Assembly: GCA_913041945.1 (NCBI GenBank)
Contig: CAJWIT010000003.1
Coordinates: 18,813-82,812, forward strand
Direction: 5' to 3'
From: an uncultured Fidelibacterota bacterium
GTDB taxonomy: Bacteria; Fidelibacterota; Marinisomatia; Marinisomatales; UBA8229
DNA: 64,000 bases
This document shows, one piece after another, positions 45,700 through 56,057 of this stretch; the stretch's first letter is position 1, and each line of letters begins with the position of its first letter. A program made the translations under genes and the position numbers. The notes under the pieces were generated by a model that was given only the letters and a program-made list of their open reading frames with translations, was not told the DNA's origin and searched no databases.

Positions 45700-47456
45700 T
45701 GGCAAGGGTGTCTCAAGAGATAATAGAACGAGTCAGGGATGCTTCCAATATTTTGGACGTTGTTTCAAAATATGTGGATCTAAAGAAACGCGGGCAGAAT
45801 TATTTTGGGCTCTGTCCTTTTCATAATGAAAAAACACCGTCTTTCAGCGTTGCCCCTGCGAAGGAAATATTTCACTGTTTTGGTTGTGGTACAGGAGGAA
45901 GTACAATTGACTTTATCATGGAATATGAAAAAATAGGATTCGTAGAAGCTGTTCAGCGGTTAGGAGAACAATACGGAATTGAAGTGCAGCTTACTCAGGC
46001 AAAAGGAGGAAAAGAGCTGTTTTCCAATTTATATGAACTTCACGAAATGGCGATGACTCTTTATCATAAAAATCTTTATTCCGAAAAGGGGAAGTCAGTT
46101 CTTTCCTATTTATCTGATCGTGGACTGGAGAAAGAAATATTAGAACAGTTCAAGATTGGATTGGCATATGAGACCTGGGACGAATTATTAACCCTTGCGA
46201 AAAAGAAGAAAATGTCAAACGAGACTCTTGAAAAAACAGGATTATTTCTCAAAACAGAGAAGGGTACTTTTGACCGTTTCCGCAACAGAATTATGTTCCC
46301 AATCTTTAATACAGCAGGAAGAGTTATTGCCTTTGGGGGGAGAGCATTGGACCCTGAAGATCCGGCGAAATATCTAAATTCTCCAGAGACTCCACTCTAT
46401 CGGAAAAGAGATTTTTTCTATGGTTTACATTCTGCACGACAACCAATCCGGGAACATGGATATGCTATTTTTGTTGAGGGTTATATGGATTTTCTTCAGT
46501 TGTTTCAGGCAGGAATTCAAAATGTTATTGCCCTGTCAGGAACCGCCTTGACGGAGCGTCATGCTTTACAAATACGGAAATTTACACATCGCGCTGTTCT
46601 TGCTTATGATGGTGATTCTGCAGGAATTGATGCTTCCGTTCGAGCTGGTTATTTGCTTTTGAGGTTTGGGATTGAACCGCAGGTTGTTCACATCCCGGAT
46701 GGGATGGACCCTGATGACTGGGTAAGAAAATCAGGAGCAGATGAGCTTAAGGAAGCAGTGGACAAAGCAGTTCCTGTACTTCCATTTCACATCCAGACGA
46801 AGGATGCTAAATCCTTACCGTCCGTGCAGCGATCAGAATTTATCAGGGATGTTATGTCCCAAATTGCGGGAGTGTCCGATAGAATTATCAGGGATGACCT
46901 TTTGAAATCTCTTGCTCAGGAAATGCGAGTGGAAGAAAGTGACCTATTGAAAAACATGAACAGTCAAAAACAAAGGAATCTGAAGGGACCAATACCAGCT
47001 TCTTCAAGGGAGTCTGATGAAATTCGAATGACATCAAAAATTCAAAAAGCCCAGGTGGAATTGGTAAAAATACTCGCTGGCGAAGATCTTGATGCTCGCC
47101 AGATTGTCAGGAAAAAGGTTCATTTAGAATTGTTTTCAGAACCAGTATTAAAAAAACTTGCAAAGCTGGTTATTCCAATTTATGATGAAATTGATTACCC
47201 TGCTATCGTAGACCAGTTTGATTCAGATGCTGAACGAAAGTTGGTAACAAATATTCTCATGGATGGAATAGATGGGTCTAATTTAACTTCACTCGTTCAA
47301 GACTGCATTCGTACTCTAGAGGCACATCCGATAAAAGAAAATATTAGAGAAATGCGTATTCGAATACGTGAATTAGAGGAAGCAGGAGGAGATCCTACTG
47401 AAGCTATTATTGAAGTGGCTAAACTTCAGGAAGAACTGAAATCAATTTTCATATAA
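45696..47456 (+). CDS. dnaG: DNA primase
   Basis: The zinc finger is CPFHNEKTPSFSV...HCFGCG. The RNA polymerase core includes FRNRIMFPI, and the TOPRIM domain includes VEGYMD and YDGDSAG. Confidence 0.95.
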   Translation: MMARVSQEIIERVRDASNILDVVSKYVDLKKRGQNYFGLCPFHNEKTPSFSVAPAKEIFHCFGCGTGGSTIDFIMEYEKIGFVEAVQRLGEQYGIEVQLTQAKGGKELFSNLYELHEMAMTLYHKNLYSEKGKSVLSYLSDRGLEKEILEQFKIGLAYETWDELLTLAKKKKMSNETLEKTGLFLKTEKGTFDRFRNRIMFPIFNTAGRVIAFGGRALDPEDPAKYLNSPETPLYRKRDFFYGLHSARQPIREHGYAIFVEGYMDFLQLFQAGIQNVIALSGTALTERHALQIRKFTHRAVLAYDGDSAGIDASVRAGYLLLRFGIEPQVVHIPDGMDPDDWVRKSGADELKEAVDKAVPVLPFHIQTKDAKSLPSVQRSEFIRDVMSQIAGVSDRIIRDDLLKSLAQEMRVEESDLLKNMNSQKQRNLKGPIPASSRESDEIRMTSKIQKAQVELVKILAGEDLDARQIVRKKVHLELFSEPVLKKLAKLVIPIYDEIDYPAIVDQFDSDAERKLVTNILMDGIDGSNLTSLVQDCIRTLEAHPIKENIREMRIRIRELEEAGGDPTEAIIEVAKLQEELKSIFI

Positions 47457-47492
47457 TTTAAGGTATGATGTCCATTGTATATCATGAGCTGG

Positions 47493-48125
47493 TTATGTTG
47501 ATTCATCCTTTAGAAAAGATAAACCTAAATCTATCATTTTTTGTTTCAGTGATTCTACAGATGTAAAATGGTGAGAATTCAGTCCGATTTTACGAGCCTG
47601 GTTTACGTTCTTCAGGTCATTATCAATAAAAAATACTTCTCCCGGGGTTTTTCCTGCCAAGTTTAAAGCGATACGGAAGATATTTTCATCAGGCTTTCGA
47701 TATCCCACATCATAGGAAAACACTGTACCTGTTACCAGGGGCAAAAAAGAGAAGCGCTTTGCTCCCAGTTCCATGTGATAAGGATTGGTATTGGATAAAA
47801 GCCATATGGGAATATGTTTTGAACATGAGCGAAGAACAGGGGAAACGCTTGTTTCCTCTCCCAAAAGCATCCCCCAGGCTTCCCAAAAATCAGATTCGCA
47901 CAGAGAGTTAGTTTTGGGAAGAGCCCGCTTAATAGACTGAAAAAACTCCTGGTTATTTATCTCACCTTTTTCATACTTGTTATGAATTTCATGAGAGAAT
48001 GTAGTTTTAATAATTTCTTTTGAAATTCCGGTGCAGTTATTCAGGTGTTGAATTGTTCTCTCGGGATGAATATTGAGCAACACACCTCCAATATCAAAGA
48101 AGACCCCGGTTATTCCCCCTTGCAA
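47493..48125 (-). CDS. HAD-superfamily hydrolase, subfamily IA-like
   Basis: The N-terminal motif is VFFDIGGVLL, followed by LLSNTN and FIDNDLKNV. It has a TTG start. Confidence 0.7.
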   Translation of the reverse strand: MQGGITGVFFDIGGVLLNIHPERTIQHLNNCTGISKEIIKTTFSHEIHNKYEKGEINNQEFFQSIKRALPKTNSLCESDFWEAWGMLLGEETSVSPVLRSCSKHIPIWLLSNTNPYHMELGAKRFSFLPLVTGTVFSYDVGYRKPDENIFRIALNLAGKTPGEVFFIDNDLKNVNQARKIGLNSHHFTSVESLKQKMIDLGLSFLKDEST

Positions 48126-48249
48126 TGCAGAGCCATCAAATTAGTTACAAGAGTATGTTGGGATGCTTTCATTGCCTAACTGCTATCTTTCAAAGAGAAA
48201 GAACTGGGTAATTGGAGCCAAGTATGACTTTTAGGATTCAAACAAAGGG

Positions 48250-49329
48250 TCAAAGAATTACTAAGTCTTTTGTTGTCTGGTTCAATATCTCGCTGTTCTC
48301 TTTCCCGATAATAAGATCATCTTCAATTCGTACCCCGCCCCAATTCGGAAGATAGATTCCAGGTTCAATTGTTACCACATTATTTTCTTGTAAGATTTCT
48401 TTGCTAAGATGACTTAGCCTTGGTTCAGTATGAATTTCTAACCCCAAACCATGTCCAGTACCGTGATTATAATATTTTCCATATCCTCTTTTTGTTATAT
48501 AATCACGTGTAATTCTATCGATTTCAATGCATGGTACGCCTGCATGGGCTGCATCACAACCGGATTGCTGGGAGCCTTTTACAATAGTGTAGATTTCATG
48601 ATGTTTATCATCAGCTGAACCCATCACAGAGGTACGGGTCATATCAGCATGATAACCTGCATACTTGGCTGCTGCGTCAATGAGGATGAAGTCGCCTTTT
48701 TGAAAAACCCTATTAGAGGGAATAGCATGAGGTAAAGCACTGTTCGGTCCACTGGCAACAATGGGATGATATGCCTCACCATCGCTTTCCTGCCTATATC
48801 TGAGGACTAAATGATTGGCGATCTCCTTCTCAGTAACTCCAACACGAAGCATGGGAAGGATTTCTGTGTAAATAGCATCTGTAATTTTCACTGCCGTACG
48901 GATAGCTTCCAGCTCAGTATCGTCTTTGACAGCCTGCATCTGCTCTAGGATCATAGATGTGGATTCCCAATGGACATTCGGGAAACTTTCTGATAACTTT
49001 TTATAAGAATTCACAGATATATGATCACCTTCAAAGGCCACTTTTAATCCGTTTTGGATAAGGTTGTTGTCTTTAATAATTTTTAAATGAGAACCAAAAT
49101 CAATAAACCGTTGTAACCCTTTTACTTGTTGTTTCGATTGAATTTCATAGCGCCCATCAGAAACAAAATACGCCTCATCCGGTGTAATCAAACAGGAGGC
49201 TGCTGAACCTGTAAAACCACAGAGATAGCGTATATTGGTCAAGTTGGAAATAAGCATACCACTCAGGTTTTGTTCACTAAGTTTCTGTTTTAGTGAGTCC
49301 TGTCTGCGAAGGAAAACGTGTTCACTCAT
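48250..49329 (-). CDS. pepP: Xaa-Pro aminopeptidase (M24B)
   Basis: It has a creatinase-like N-domain. The metal ligands lie in IDAAAKYAGYHADMTRT, HGTGHGLGLEIHTEP, VTIEPG and VRIEDD. Confidence 0.9.
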   Translation of the reverse strand: MSEHVFLRRQDSLKQKLSEQNLSGMLISNLTNIRYLCGFTGSAASCLITPDEAYFVSDGRYEIQSKQQVKGLQRFIDFGSHLKIIKDNNLIQNGLKVAFEGDHISVNSYKKLSESFPNVHWESTSMILEQMQAVKDDTELEAIRTAVKITDAIYTEILPMLRVGVTEKEIANHLVLRYRQESDGEAYHPIVASGPNSALPHAIPSNRVFQKGDFILIDAAAKYAGYHADMTRTSVMGSADDKHHEIYTIVKGSQQSGCDAAHAGVPCIEIDRITRDYITKRGYGKYYNHGTGHGLGLEIHTEPRLSHLSKEILQENNVVTIEPGIYLPNWGGVRIEDDLIIGKENSEILNQTTKDLVIL

Positions 49330-49362
49330 TGTCTTTAATATTGATTATTATATTTGATTAAA

Positions 49363-50034
49363 TTAATCTTTGTGGTGTGGAAGACGCTTTTGAATTCTGG
49401 TTTTTTCCAGTGTAATTCGCTTGGTATTTTTTCTTTTTTTTTCAAGGATATCCAGAACGTCTAACGCCTGATAAAACAGCCCCTGATCTTCCAGGACTTT
49501 AACTAAAGTAAAGGTTGCAAGCTTTGGGCTGATTGATAAGGATTCCAGGTCTTCTGCTTTCAGGGGCTTTGGCGTACCCAATGATTTTTTTCGGGTATTT
49601 TTTTTCTTGGTTTTATTTCCACTTTTGGATTTTTTTTTCAGCTTTTGAAGATATTCCAGCCCTTCTGAATGATGAGGATCAATTTTCAGGACTTCTTTCC
49701 AGCTAGATTCTACAGTATTTACACCTCGTTTCAACTCTTGCTGAATACCAGCGATCATAATGTACCCCTGGAGATGAATTGATCCTGTATTCAGGAGAGT
49801 TATTAAAACTTTTTCTGCCCCCTTAAGGTCCTTTTCTGCCAGATGTACTTTGGCAAACGTATAGAGACCCTCTGCATGTTTAGGGTTATACCCCAATCCG
49901 ATTTCACATACTTTTTTTGCCCGGATTAGATCACCTTCCTTTAGATAAATATCTGCAAGAACAGGAAATAAAACTGTGTCGAAATGATCGGCAAAATAGA
50001 ATTCAAGGGCTGTCTTGTTTTTTAAATCAATCAT
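49363..50034 (-). CDS. TPR-repeat protein with Lys-rich linker (hypothetical)
   Basis: TPR-like helices are present ([40 protein letters not shown]). A central low-complexity region reads [21 protein letters not shown] 50034 overlaps the upstream stop (ATGA). Confidence 0.55.
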   Translation of the reverse strand: MIDLKNKTALEFYFADHFDTVLFPVLADIYLKEGDLIRAKKVCEIGLGYNPKHAEGLYTFAKVHLAEKDLKGAEKVLITLLNTGSIHLQGYIMIAGIQQELKRGVNTVESSWKEVLKIDPHHSEGLEYLQKLKKKSKSGNKTKKKNTRKKSLGTPKPLKAEDLESLSISPKLATFTLVKVLEDQGLFYQALDVLDILEKKRKNTKRITLEKTRIQKRLPHHKD

Positions 50035-50432
50035 CTGCGGTTTTCTTTCACCCAATTTTCAATGTAATCAATTGTGTCTTGGACAGGCGTACCTGGCCCG
50101 AACAATTTTCCTGACCCTAAATCCCGGAGAGCCTCCATATCTTTCCCCGGGATGATTCCTCCCCCGGTAAGCAGAACATCATCTATACCATTTTTTTTCA
50201 TTAATTTCAGCACTTTGGGGAAAATTGTCATGTGAGCATTATTAAGACTGGACAGAGCGATTACATCTGCATCTTCTTGAAGCGCAGCGGAGACGATCAT
50301 CTCTGGGGTTTGCCGGAGGCCCAGATAAATCACTTCCATCCCCGAATCACGGTAGGCAGAAGCAAGAATTTTAATTCCCCGGTCGTGACCATCAAGACCA
50401 GGTTTTGCCATGACAATTCTGATTTTGCGCAT
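50031..50432 (-). CDS. Cobalamin-binding domain protein (methylmalonyl-CoA-mutase-type small subunit)
   Basis: The B12-binding DxHxxG context is [15 protein letters not shown], and GGGIIP is also present. Length is about 133 aa from ATG 50432. No mutase large subunit is present in the window. Confidence 0.82.
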   Translation of the reverse strand: MRKIRIVMAKPGLDGHDRGIKILASAYRDSGMEVIYLGLRQTPEMIVSAALQEDADVIALSSLNNAHMTIFPKVLKLMKKNGIDDVLLTGGGIIPGKDMEALRDLGSGKLFGPGTPVQDTIDYIENWVKENRR

Positions 50433-50484
50433 TGTATTTTGATATGTTTTACTAAGGGAAGTTACAAATAAGAAATAAATAGGG

Positions 50485-50931
50485 TTACATCTTCTTGCTA
50501 TCCAGCACAAACGTAACTGGCCCGTCATTTATAAGGTTTACTTCCATCATAGCTCCGAACCTCCCCGATTTTACTAGGAGTCCATTCGCCGTGAGCCTTT
50601 CCATAAAATTTATGTACAACTGTTCTCCTTTTTCCGGGGAAGCAGCATTGATGAAGCTGGGTCGGCGTCCTTTTCTCCAATTACTGCACAGGGTAAACTG
50701 GCTAATCACCAGGGCTGATCCGTCTGCGTCTTTAACAGACAGATTCATTTTATGGTCTTTATCATTGAAAATTCGAAAATCAGCAATTTTGTCTGCTAGA
50801 AAATCTCCATCTTTTTTTTCATCTGTATTCATAACACCTAAGAAAATAACCAATCCATGGTCAATTGCCCCGACTACCTTATTATCAATGGAGACACGCC
50901 CCCGAGTAACCCGTTGTAAAACTGCAATCAT
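50485..50931 (-). CDS. dtd: D-aminoacyl-tRNA deacylase
   Basis: Motifs seen are [13 protein letters not shown] and NDGPVTFVL. Confidence 0.95.
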   Translation of the reverse strand: MIAVLQRVTRGRVSIDNKVVGAIDHGLVIFLGVMNTDEKKDGDFLADKIADFRIFNDKDHKMNLSVKDADGSALVISQFTLCSNWRKGRRPSFINAASPEKGEQLYINFMERLTANGLLVKSGRFGAMMEVNLINDGPVTFVLDSKKM

Positions 50932-53900
50932 TCAATCCAAACGTTTTGCTTCCCGTACAGCTTTCGAAGGGCGTCGCAAAACTTTTTATTTGAGGCCACC
51001 TTAATATTATGGGCAAGGATTCTCTGGGTTTTTCCATTCATCGGATAATGAAACACCAGCCCACAGTTCCCCCGGTGTTGTTGGGCAATTTCATAGAGTT
51101 TATTAATATCTTCAGAGGTCACTGAAGACGGGTCAAGTTTTATATTTATATGTTTTGAAAAATATTTCCTTGCATCTTCCAGCTTGACAATTCCCTCTGC
51201 GATGAGCTTAAGATCGCTAAAGTCTTCGCTGTCTGCAGGTTTTCCAGCAATAAATACTACTTCACCGTCATTAATGAGATTATTGAATTTTGCGAAGGTA
51301 TCACTGAACGTAAGGATTTCTGCCTTTCCACCAAGACATTCCAAATCGAAGAAAGCCATTTGATTATTTTTTCGGTCAAAGTGGTGTTTAATATTATTGA
51401 TGATCCCCCCAATACGAAGAGACGTTTTAACTGTACTTTTAGATTCTTCGGAAAAATCAAACGTACTGAACTCCTCCAGTTCGTCTGCAAATTCAAACAA
51501 TGGATGACCAGAAAGGTATAACCCCAGAACTTCCTTTTCTTTTTGAAGGGAATCTTTTTCATTCCATTCAGAGGTTTCCAACAGGCTTGGCTCTTGAAAA
51601 AGTCTGTTTTCCGAGGATAAACCGGTAAACATATCCACTTGATTTTGATTATGACCATTCTGAATTTTCTGACCATAATTGATTGCAAGATCCACAGATT
51701 CAAACATTTGAGTCCGCGTTCCCCCCAGGGAATCCATTGCACCGGACATAACCAGGCTTTCCAGAACTTTTTTATTAACTGTACGCTGATCCACTCTTGA
51801 ACAAAGGTCAAAAATGGTTTTAAACGGACCATTTTCATTCCGTTCTTCCATCATTTTTTCCAGTGCCTTCGCCCCTACGTTCTTGATTGCATTTAGTCCA
51901 TATGAAATTGTTTTTTTATCAACCGGATGAAATTGTCCTACAGACACATTGATATTGGGTGAACCAACTTTGATTTTCAGTTTTCGGCATTCATTAATTA
52001 AAATAACTATTCTGTTGATATTGGACATCTCACTTGTAAGATTAGCAGACATAAACTCAGCAGGATAATTTGTTTTCAGTAAGCCGGTCTTATAGGCTAG
52101 GTAGGCATAAGCAGTTGAATGGCTTTTATTAAACCCGTATTGTGCAAATTTTGCGATGAGAGAAAAAATCTCTTTGGCCATATAGTTTTTTATTCCATTA
52201 GCCTTGGCTCCTTCAAGAAACTTTTCTGAAATATCATCCATGAGTTTTTTATTCTTTTTTCCCATGGCACGCCGCATAAGGTCTGCTTCAGAAAGACTAA
52301 AGCCAGCGATTTTATTCGCAATCTCCATGACCTGCTCTTGGTAAACAATGATCCCATGAGTTTCTTCAAGAATAGATTTTAGATCAGGGTGAATATATCT
52401 GGTTTTCTTTTTTCCATGTTTTCGATTGATAAATTCGCTGATGTTTTTCATGGGACCTGGTCGATAGAGTGCATTCATGGCAATGAGGTCTTCGATTGAC
52501 GTAGGCTTGAGCTTTTTTAGAAATTCCCGCATTCCGGAAGATTCAAACTGGAAAATACCAACGGTGAGGCCCTTGGTAAACATTTTATAGACTTTTGGAT
52601 CATCGAGTTGTATATCCTCTATATCGATTTTAATACCTTGTTCCTGGATAAGTTTGATAGTTCGATCAATTACTGTGAGATTCCGCAATCCAAGGAAATC
52701 CATTTTTAGGAGGCCCAGTTCTTCCAATCCTTTCATATCATATTGACTGGTCACATCACCTTGTGAAGATTTATACAATGGTGAAAAATTGGTTAGTTTA
52801 TCGGGGGTAATCACAACTCCTGCAGCATGGGTGGAAGCATGCCGGTTTAATCCTTCCAGGATCAAAGAGAACTCCATTAACTCATTATAAGGTCCGTCCG
52901 CCATTTTTTTGAGGTCCGGACTTTTTTGAAGAGCAGATTCAAGAGTGATATTCAATTCATCTGGGATTGCTTTAGCAATCTTATCAACCTCTCCAAAAGA
53001 ATATCCCATAACTCTGCCAACATCACGCACAACCTGTTTTGCTTTCATTTTTCCAAAGGTAATTATCTGCGTAACGGATTTCTCTCCATATTTTTTTCTG
53101 ATGTATTCAATGACCTCCCCCCGGCGTTCAATGCAGAAGTCGATATCAATGTCCGGCAGGCTAATCCGTTCCGGATTAAGAAAGCGTTCGAAAAGGAGGT
53201 TATGTTTTATAGGATCAATGGTTGTAATTCCAAGAGCATAGGATACTAAACTGCCAGCAGCAGAACCCCGGCCAGGACCGACAGGAATATGTTGGCTTTT
53301 GGCAAAATTCACAAAATCAGATGTAATCAGGAAATAACCCGCAAACCCCATTTGCTTGATTATCTTTAATTCGTGTTCCAGCTGTTCCTTTAGTTCAGGT
53401 GTAATTTCATTGTAAAGTTTTATGAGTCCTTTTTCACAGAGGTGTCGAAGGAATTTATCTGAATTTTTTTCTGGATAAGTATCTGGGATGGTAAAAGAAG
53501 GAAGGTGATATTTACCAAAAATGAGCTCCAGGCTACATCGATCAGCAATTTCCATAGTTGCATCACAAGCTTCCGGCATATCACTAAAAAGAGATCTCAT
53601 TTCTTCAGGAGACCTGAGATAAAATTCTTTTGGTTTGTAGCGCATGCGGTTGGGGTCATCCCGATTCTGGTTACCATTAAGACAGATTAAAACATCATGA
53701 GCTTCCCAGTGTTCTTTTTCTGTGTAATGGACATCATTTGTTGCTACGTAGGGAATGTTCATTTCCTGGGCGAGTTCCACATTCTTTTCATATGCATAAT
53801 CTTCATTCATTTCATGACGCTGAATTTCAAGGAAGAAATTATTTTCCCCAAAAATATCAATATATTCTTCTGCGGCTTTCTTTGCCTCAGTATTCATTTT

Positions 53901-54344
53901 CTGGATATGGAGGTTTGTGATTTCTCCACCAAAGCAAGCGGACAGACCAATGAGCCCTTCGGAATATTTTCTCAGGATCTCCTTATCAATCCTGGGACGG
54001 TAATAAAACCCCTCCAAATAGGAAAGAGTGGATAATTTCATGAGATTCTTGTACCCCTGCATGTTTTTTGACAGAAGGACAAGGTGATATACTTTGACCT
54101 TTTCCCTGTCCAGATGGCTTCCCCTCCCAATAATATAAGATTCCATCCCGATTATGGGTTTTATTCCTTCATTTTTACAGCAGGAATAAAATTCCATGGC
54201 GCCGAACAAGTTACCATGGTCTGTCAGGGCAATTGACCGCATGCCAAGAGCTTTGACTTTTTGAACCATTGGCTTAATTTTTTGTGCACCATCCAGCAGA
54301 CTGTAATCGGAATGATTATGTAGATGTACAAAGCCTTTAGACAT
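50928..54344 (-). CDS. dnaE: DNA polymerase III alpha subunit
   Basis: The PHP domain includes VHLHNHSDYSLLDG. The polymerase core includes PGRGSAAGSLV, DIDIDF and FNKSHS, and a C-terminal OB domain follows. ATG 54344 is preferred; the ORF extends to 54371. Confidence 0.95.
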   Translation of the reverse strand: MSKGFVHLHNHSDYSLLDGAQKIKPMVQKVKALGMRSIALTDHGNLFGAMEFYSCCKNEGIKPIIGMESYIIGRGSHLDREKVKVYHLVLLSKNMQGYKNLMKLSTLSYLEGFYYRPRIDKEILRKYSEGLIGLSACFGGEITNLHIQKMNTEAKKAAEEYIDIFGENNFFLEIQRHEMNEDYAYEKNVELAQEMNIPYVATNDVHYTEKEHWEAHDVLICLNGNQNRDDPNRMRYKPKEFYLRSPEEMRSLFSDMPEACDATMEIADRCSLELIFGKYHLPSFTIPDTYPEKNSDKFLRHLCEKGLIKLYNEITPELKEQLEHELKIIKQMGFAGYFLITSDFVNFAKSQHIPVGPGRGSAAGSLVSYALGITTIDPIKHNLLFERFLNPERISLPDIDIDFCIERRGEVIEYIRKKYGEKSVTQIITFGKMKAKQVVRDVGRVMGYSFGEVDKIAKAIPDELNITLESALQKSPDLKKMADGPYNELMEFSLILEGLNRHASTHAAGVVITPDKLTNFSPLYKSSQGDVTSQYDMKGLEELGLLKMDFLGLRNLTVIDRTIKLIQEQGIKIDIEDIQLDDPKVYKMFTKGLTVGIFQFESSGMREFLKKLKPTSIEDLIAMNALYRPGPMKNISEFINRKHGKKKTRYIHPDLKSILEETHGIIVYQEQVMEIANKIAGFSLSEADLMRRAMGKKNKKLMDDISEKFLEGAKANGIKNYMAKEIFSLIAKFAQYGFNKSHSTAYAYLAYKTGLLKTNYPAEFMSANLTSEMSNINRIVILINECRKLKIKVGSPNINVSVGQFHPVDKKTISYGLNAIKNVGAKALEKMMEERNENGPFKTIFDLCSRVDQRTVNKKVLESLVMSGAMDSLGGTRTQMFESVDLAINYGQKIQNGHNQNQVDMFTGLSSENRLFQEPSLLETSEWNEKDSLQKEKEVLGLYLSGHPLFEFADELEEFSTFDFSEESKSTVKTSLRIGGIINNIKHHFDRKNNQMAFFDLECLGGKAEILTFSDTFAKFNNLINDGEVVFIAGKPADSEDFSDLKLIAEGIVKLEDARKYFSKHINIKLDPSSVTSEDINKLYEIAQQHRGNCGLVFHYPMNGKTQRILAHNIKVASNKKFCDALRKLYGKQNVWIE

Positions 54345-55182
54345 AAGTAGAACCGCAATAAATTGCAACAATTCCCAATATGGTGCTTATTTTGAGCACT
54401 TTTGAGGCAAGGGAAAAGTTTAATTTTTCAGGTGATTTCATCAATAAAACTACAAGCGTAACCAATGGAGTTTCAACTCCCAAAACAAGAAATACAAGAT
54501 ACCAGAAAGAATAGATACCCATCATATATGGAATTAGTGCACCAACTCCAATCATCACAGCAAATAAGGCAGTAAGTTTTCCCGCACGATTAAAACCGGC
54601 AATTATTGGAAATGTGGTTAATCCGGCCAGGCGGTCTCCCTCTATATCTTCAATATCTTTTACAAGTTCACGAACCAAAGTAAGTCCAAATGCAAGGAAG
54701 CATGGAATAATCATAGGCTTTATATTTCCAAATACTGCACCGGAAAAAACAAATGTCAACCCAAGAATAAGAGCAATAACTATATTTCCTACTAAGGGAA
54801 ATTGTTTTAGCTTCAAATTGTATGAAATGATAAGTGGAAGTACAATCAGTATTGTTATCATCGCAGCCAGTTTAGAGAGAAACAATGCAGTAACACTTCC
54901 CCCAACGAAAAGAAGGACTGAAAAAATAAGAGCCGTATTCCGTTTTACTAAACCGGTTGTCAAGGGTCGGTTTGGGCGGTTTACCTGGTCAATCTTGAGA
55001 TCAATAAAATCATTTAAAGAGTTTGCTGCTGCATTATAACCTACAACTGTAAGGATTGCAAAGGTCAGTTCCGAAGTCTGGTAAAGGGATCGAAGAATAG
55101 CAGAACTGACATATACGGCGAATGCACCAGTGAGAAGGTTCAAGGGGCGAAAAAGTCTAATATGAGCTATAATAGTTTTCAT
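54337..55182 (-). CDS. UbiA-superfamily prenyltransferase resembling (di)geranylgeranylglyceryl-phosphate synthase
   Basis: The 281-aa protein has about 8-9 TM segments. The first Asp-rich motif is NDFIDLKIDQVNRPNRPLTTG and the second is KDIEDIEGDRLAGLTTFP. It lacks the RT..RP spacing seen in UbiA/CyoE and the MenA-type motif. Confidence 0.7.
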   Translation of the reverse strand: MKTIIAHIRLFRPLNLLTGAFAVYVSSAILRSLYQTSELTFAILTVVGYNAAANSLNDFIDLKIDQVNRPNRPLTTGLVKRNTALIFSVLLFVGGSVTALFLSKLAAMITILIVLPLIISYNLKLKQFPLVGNIVIALILGLTFVFSGAVFGNIKPMIIPCFLAFGLTLVRELVKDIEDIEGDRLAGLTTFPIIAGFNRAGKLTALFAVMIGVGALIPYMMGIYSFWYLVFLVLGVETPLVTLVVLLMKSPEKLNFSLASKVLKISTILGIVAIYCGSTYV

Positions 55183-56057
55183 ACGGACTGTACCTTTAAT
55201 ACACGGTCATCCCCGTTATAATCCTGGATAAGTTTGTTGGATGCGAAAGCATTATCCTTAAACAATTTCAATGCTTTTGGGGGATGATCGCCCTGTCCTA
55301 CTTCCATTATAAGGTATCCGTTAGAATGAAGGATTTTTGAAGCAACTGAAGCTAACCTATGGTAAAATGTTAATCCGTCTGCACCGTCCGTCAAAGCAAT
55401 ATGAGGTTCAAAATCTTTAATTTTTTTTTCTAGATCTGACATTTCGTTTAAAGGAATATAGGGAGGATTAGATACGATTAAATTGTACGATTCTTTTGGA
55501 ATTTCTTTTTGAATATCCATCTGTTTAAAAATTATATTGTTTATTTTATGCAGATCAGCATTCTTTTGGGCTACTTTCAGCATATTTGGGTCAATATCAA
55601 TTCCCGTAACAGATGCCCCTGGGAGTTCGTTGGCAAGAGCAATTGCAATACATCCTGAACCTGTGCCCACATCAAGAATTTTTGGGGATATGACGGTTTT
55701 CAGTACCTGAAGTGCTATATCAACAACCCGCTCTGTCTCTGGCCTTGGAATGAATACAGCAGGGGTGATCATTAATCCCAAGCCATAAAATTCTAGGGTC
55801 CCTGTGATATATTGGAGAGGTTCGTTCTTGATAAGTCTTTGTATCCAGGAATGGAAAGTCTTAATTGTATCTTGGGTTAACTGTTTTTCGGAGTCAAAAT
55901 AGAGCTCAACGCGCTTACAATCGAGGAGATGCTGAAGTAGTATTTCTCCTGTATTTCTACCATCTTCCAACCCTTTTGACAGAAAATGTTTTTCCGTCCA
56001 TCCAATCAGATCGATAACCCTGCAGTTATTTTCAGAAGTGCGGGTTAAAGTTTGCAT
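55179..56057 (-). CDS. prmC: Release-factor glutamine N5-methyltransferase
   Basis: Motifs seen are EPLQYITG, ILDVGTGSGCIA and IVSNPPYIP. It lies immediately downstream of prfA. Confidence 0.93.
   Translation of the reverse strand: MQTLTRTSENNCRVIDLIGWTEKHFLSKGLEDGRNTGEILLQHLLDCKRVELYFDSEKQLTQDTIKTFHSWIQRLIKNEPLQYITGTLEFYGLGLMITPAVFIPRPETERVVDIALQVLKTVISPKILDVGTGSGCIAIALANELPGASVTGIDIDPNMLKVAQKNADLHKINNIIFKQMDIQKEIPKESYNLIVSNPPYIPLNEMSDLEKKIKDFEPHIALTDGADGLTFYHRLASVASKILHSNGYLIMEVGQGDHPPKALKLFKDNAFASNKLIQDYNGDDRVLKVQSV

Noticed and set aside
50031-50432. A stand-alone B12-binding domain gene as part of a novel system with the TPR protein and pepP.
   Set aside because: Split methylmalonyl-CoA-mutase-type small subunits encoded away from the large subunit are well known. 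The coupling to the neighbours is probably just operon packing, and nothing in the sequence suggests a new function.
50495-51004. A 169-aa plus-strand ORF antisense to dtd and the 3' end of dnaE.
   Set aside because: It is a shadow ORF opposite two well-supported genes, with Ser/Arg/Pro-rich composition and no start context.
51257-51838. A 193-aa ORF on the same strand as dnaE but in a different frame, which could be an overprinted gene.
   Set aside because: The translation is Trp/Lys/Cys/Phe-rich and looks like out-of-frame noise. It has no RBS or motif. Long alternative-frame ORFs are expected occasionally in a 3.4-kb gene. Only conservation analysis of synonymous sites in dnaE could revive this idea.
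54614-55039. A 141-aa plus-strand ORF antisense to the UbiA-like gene.
   Set aside because: It is a shadow ORF. The minus-strand product has clear TM helices and both Asp-rich motifs.
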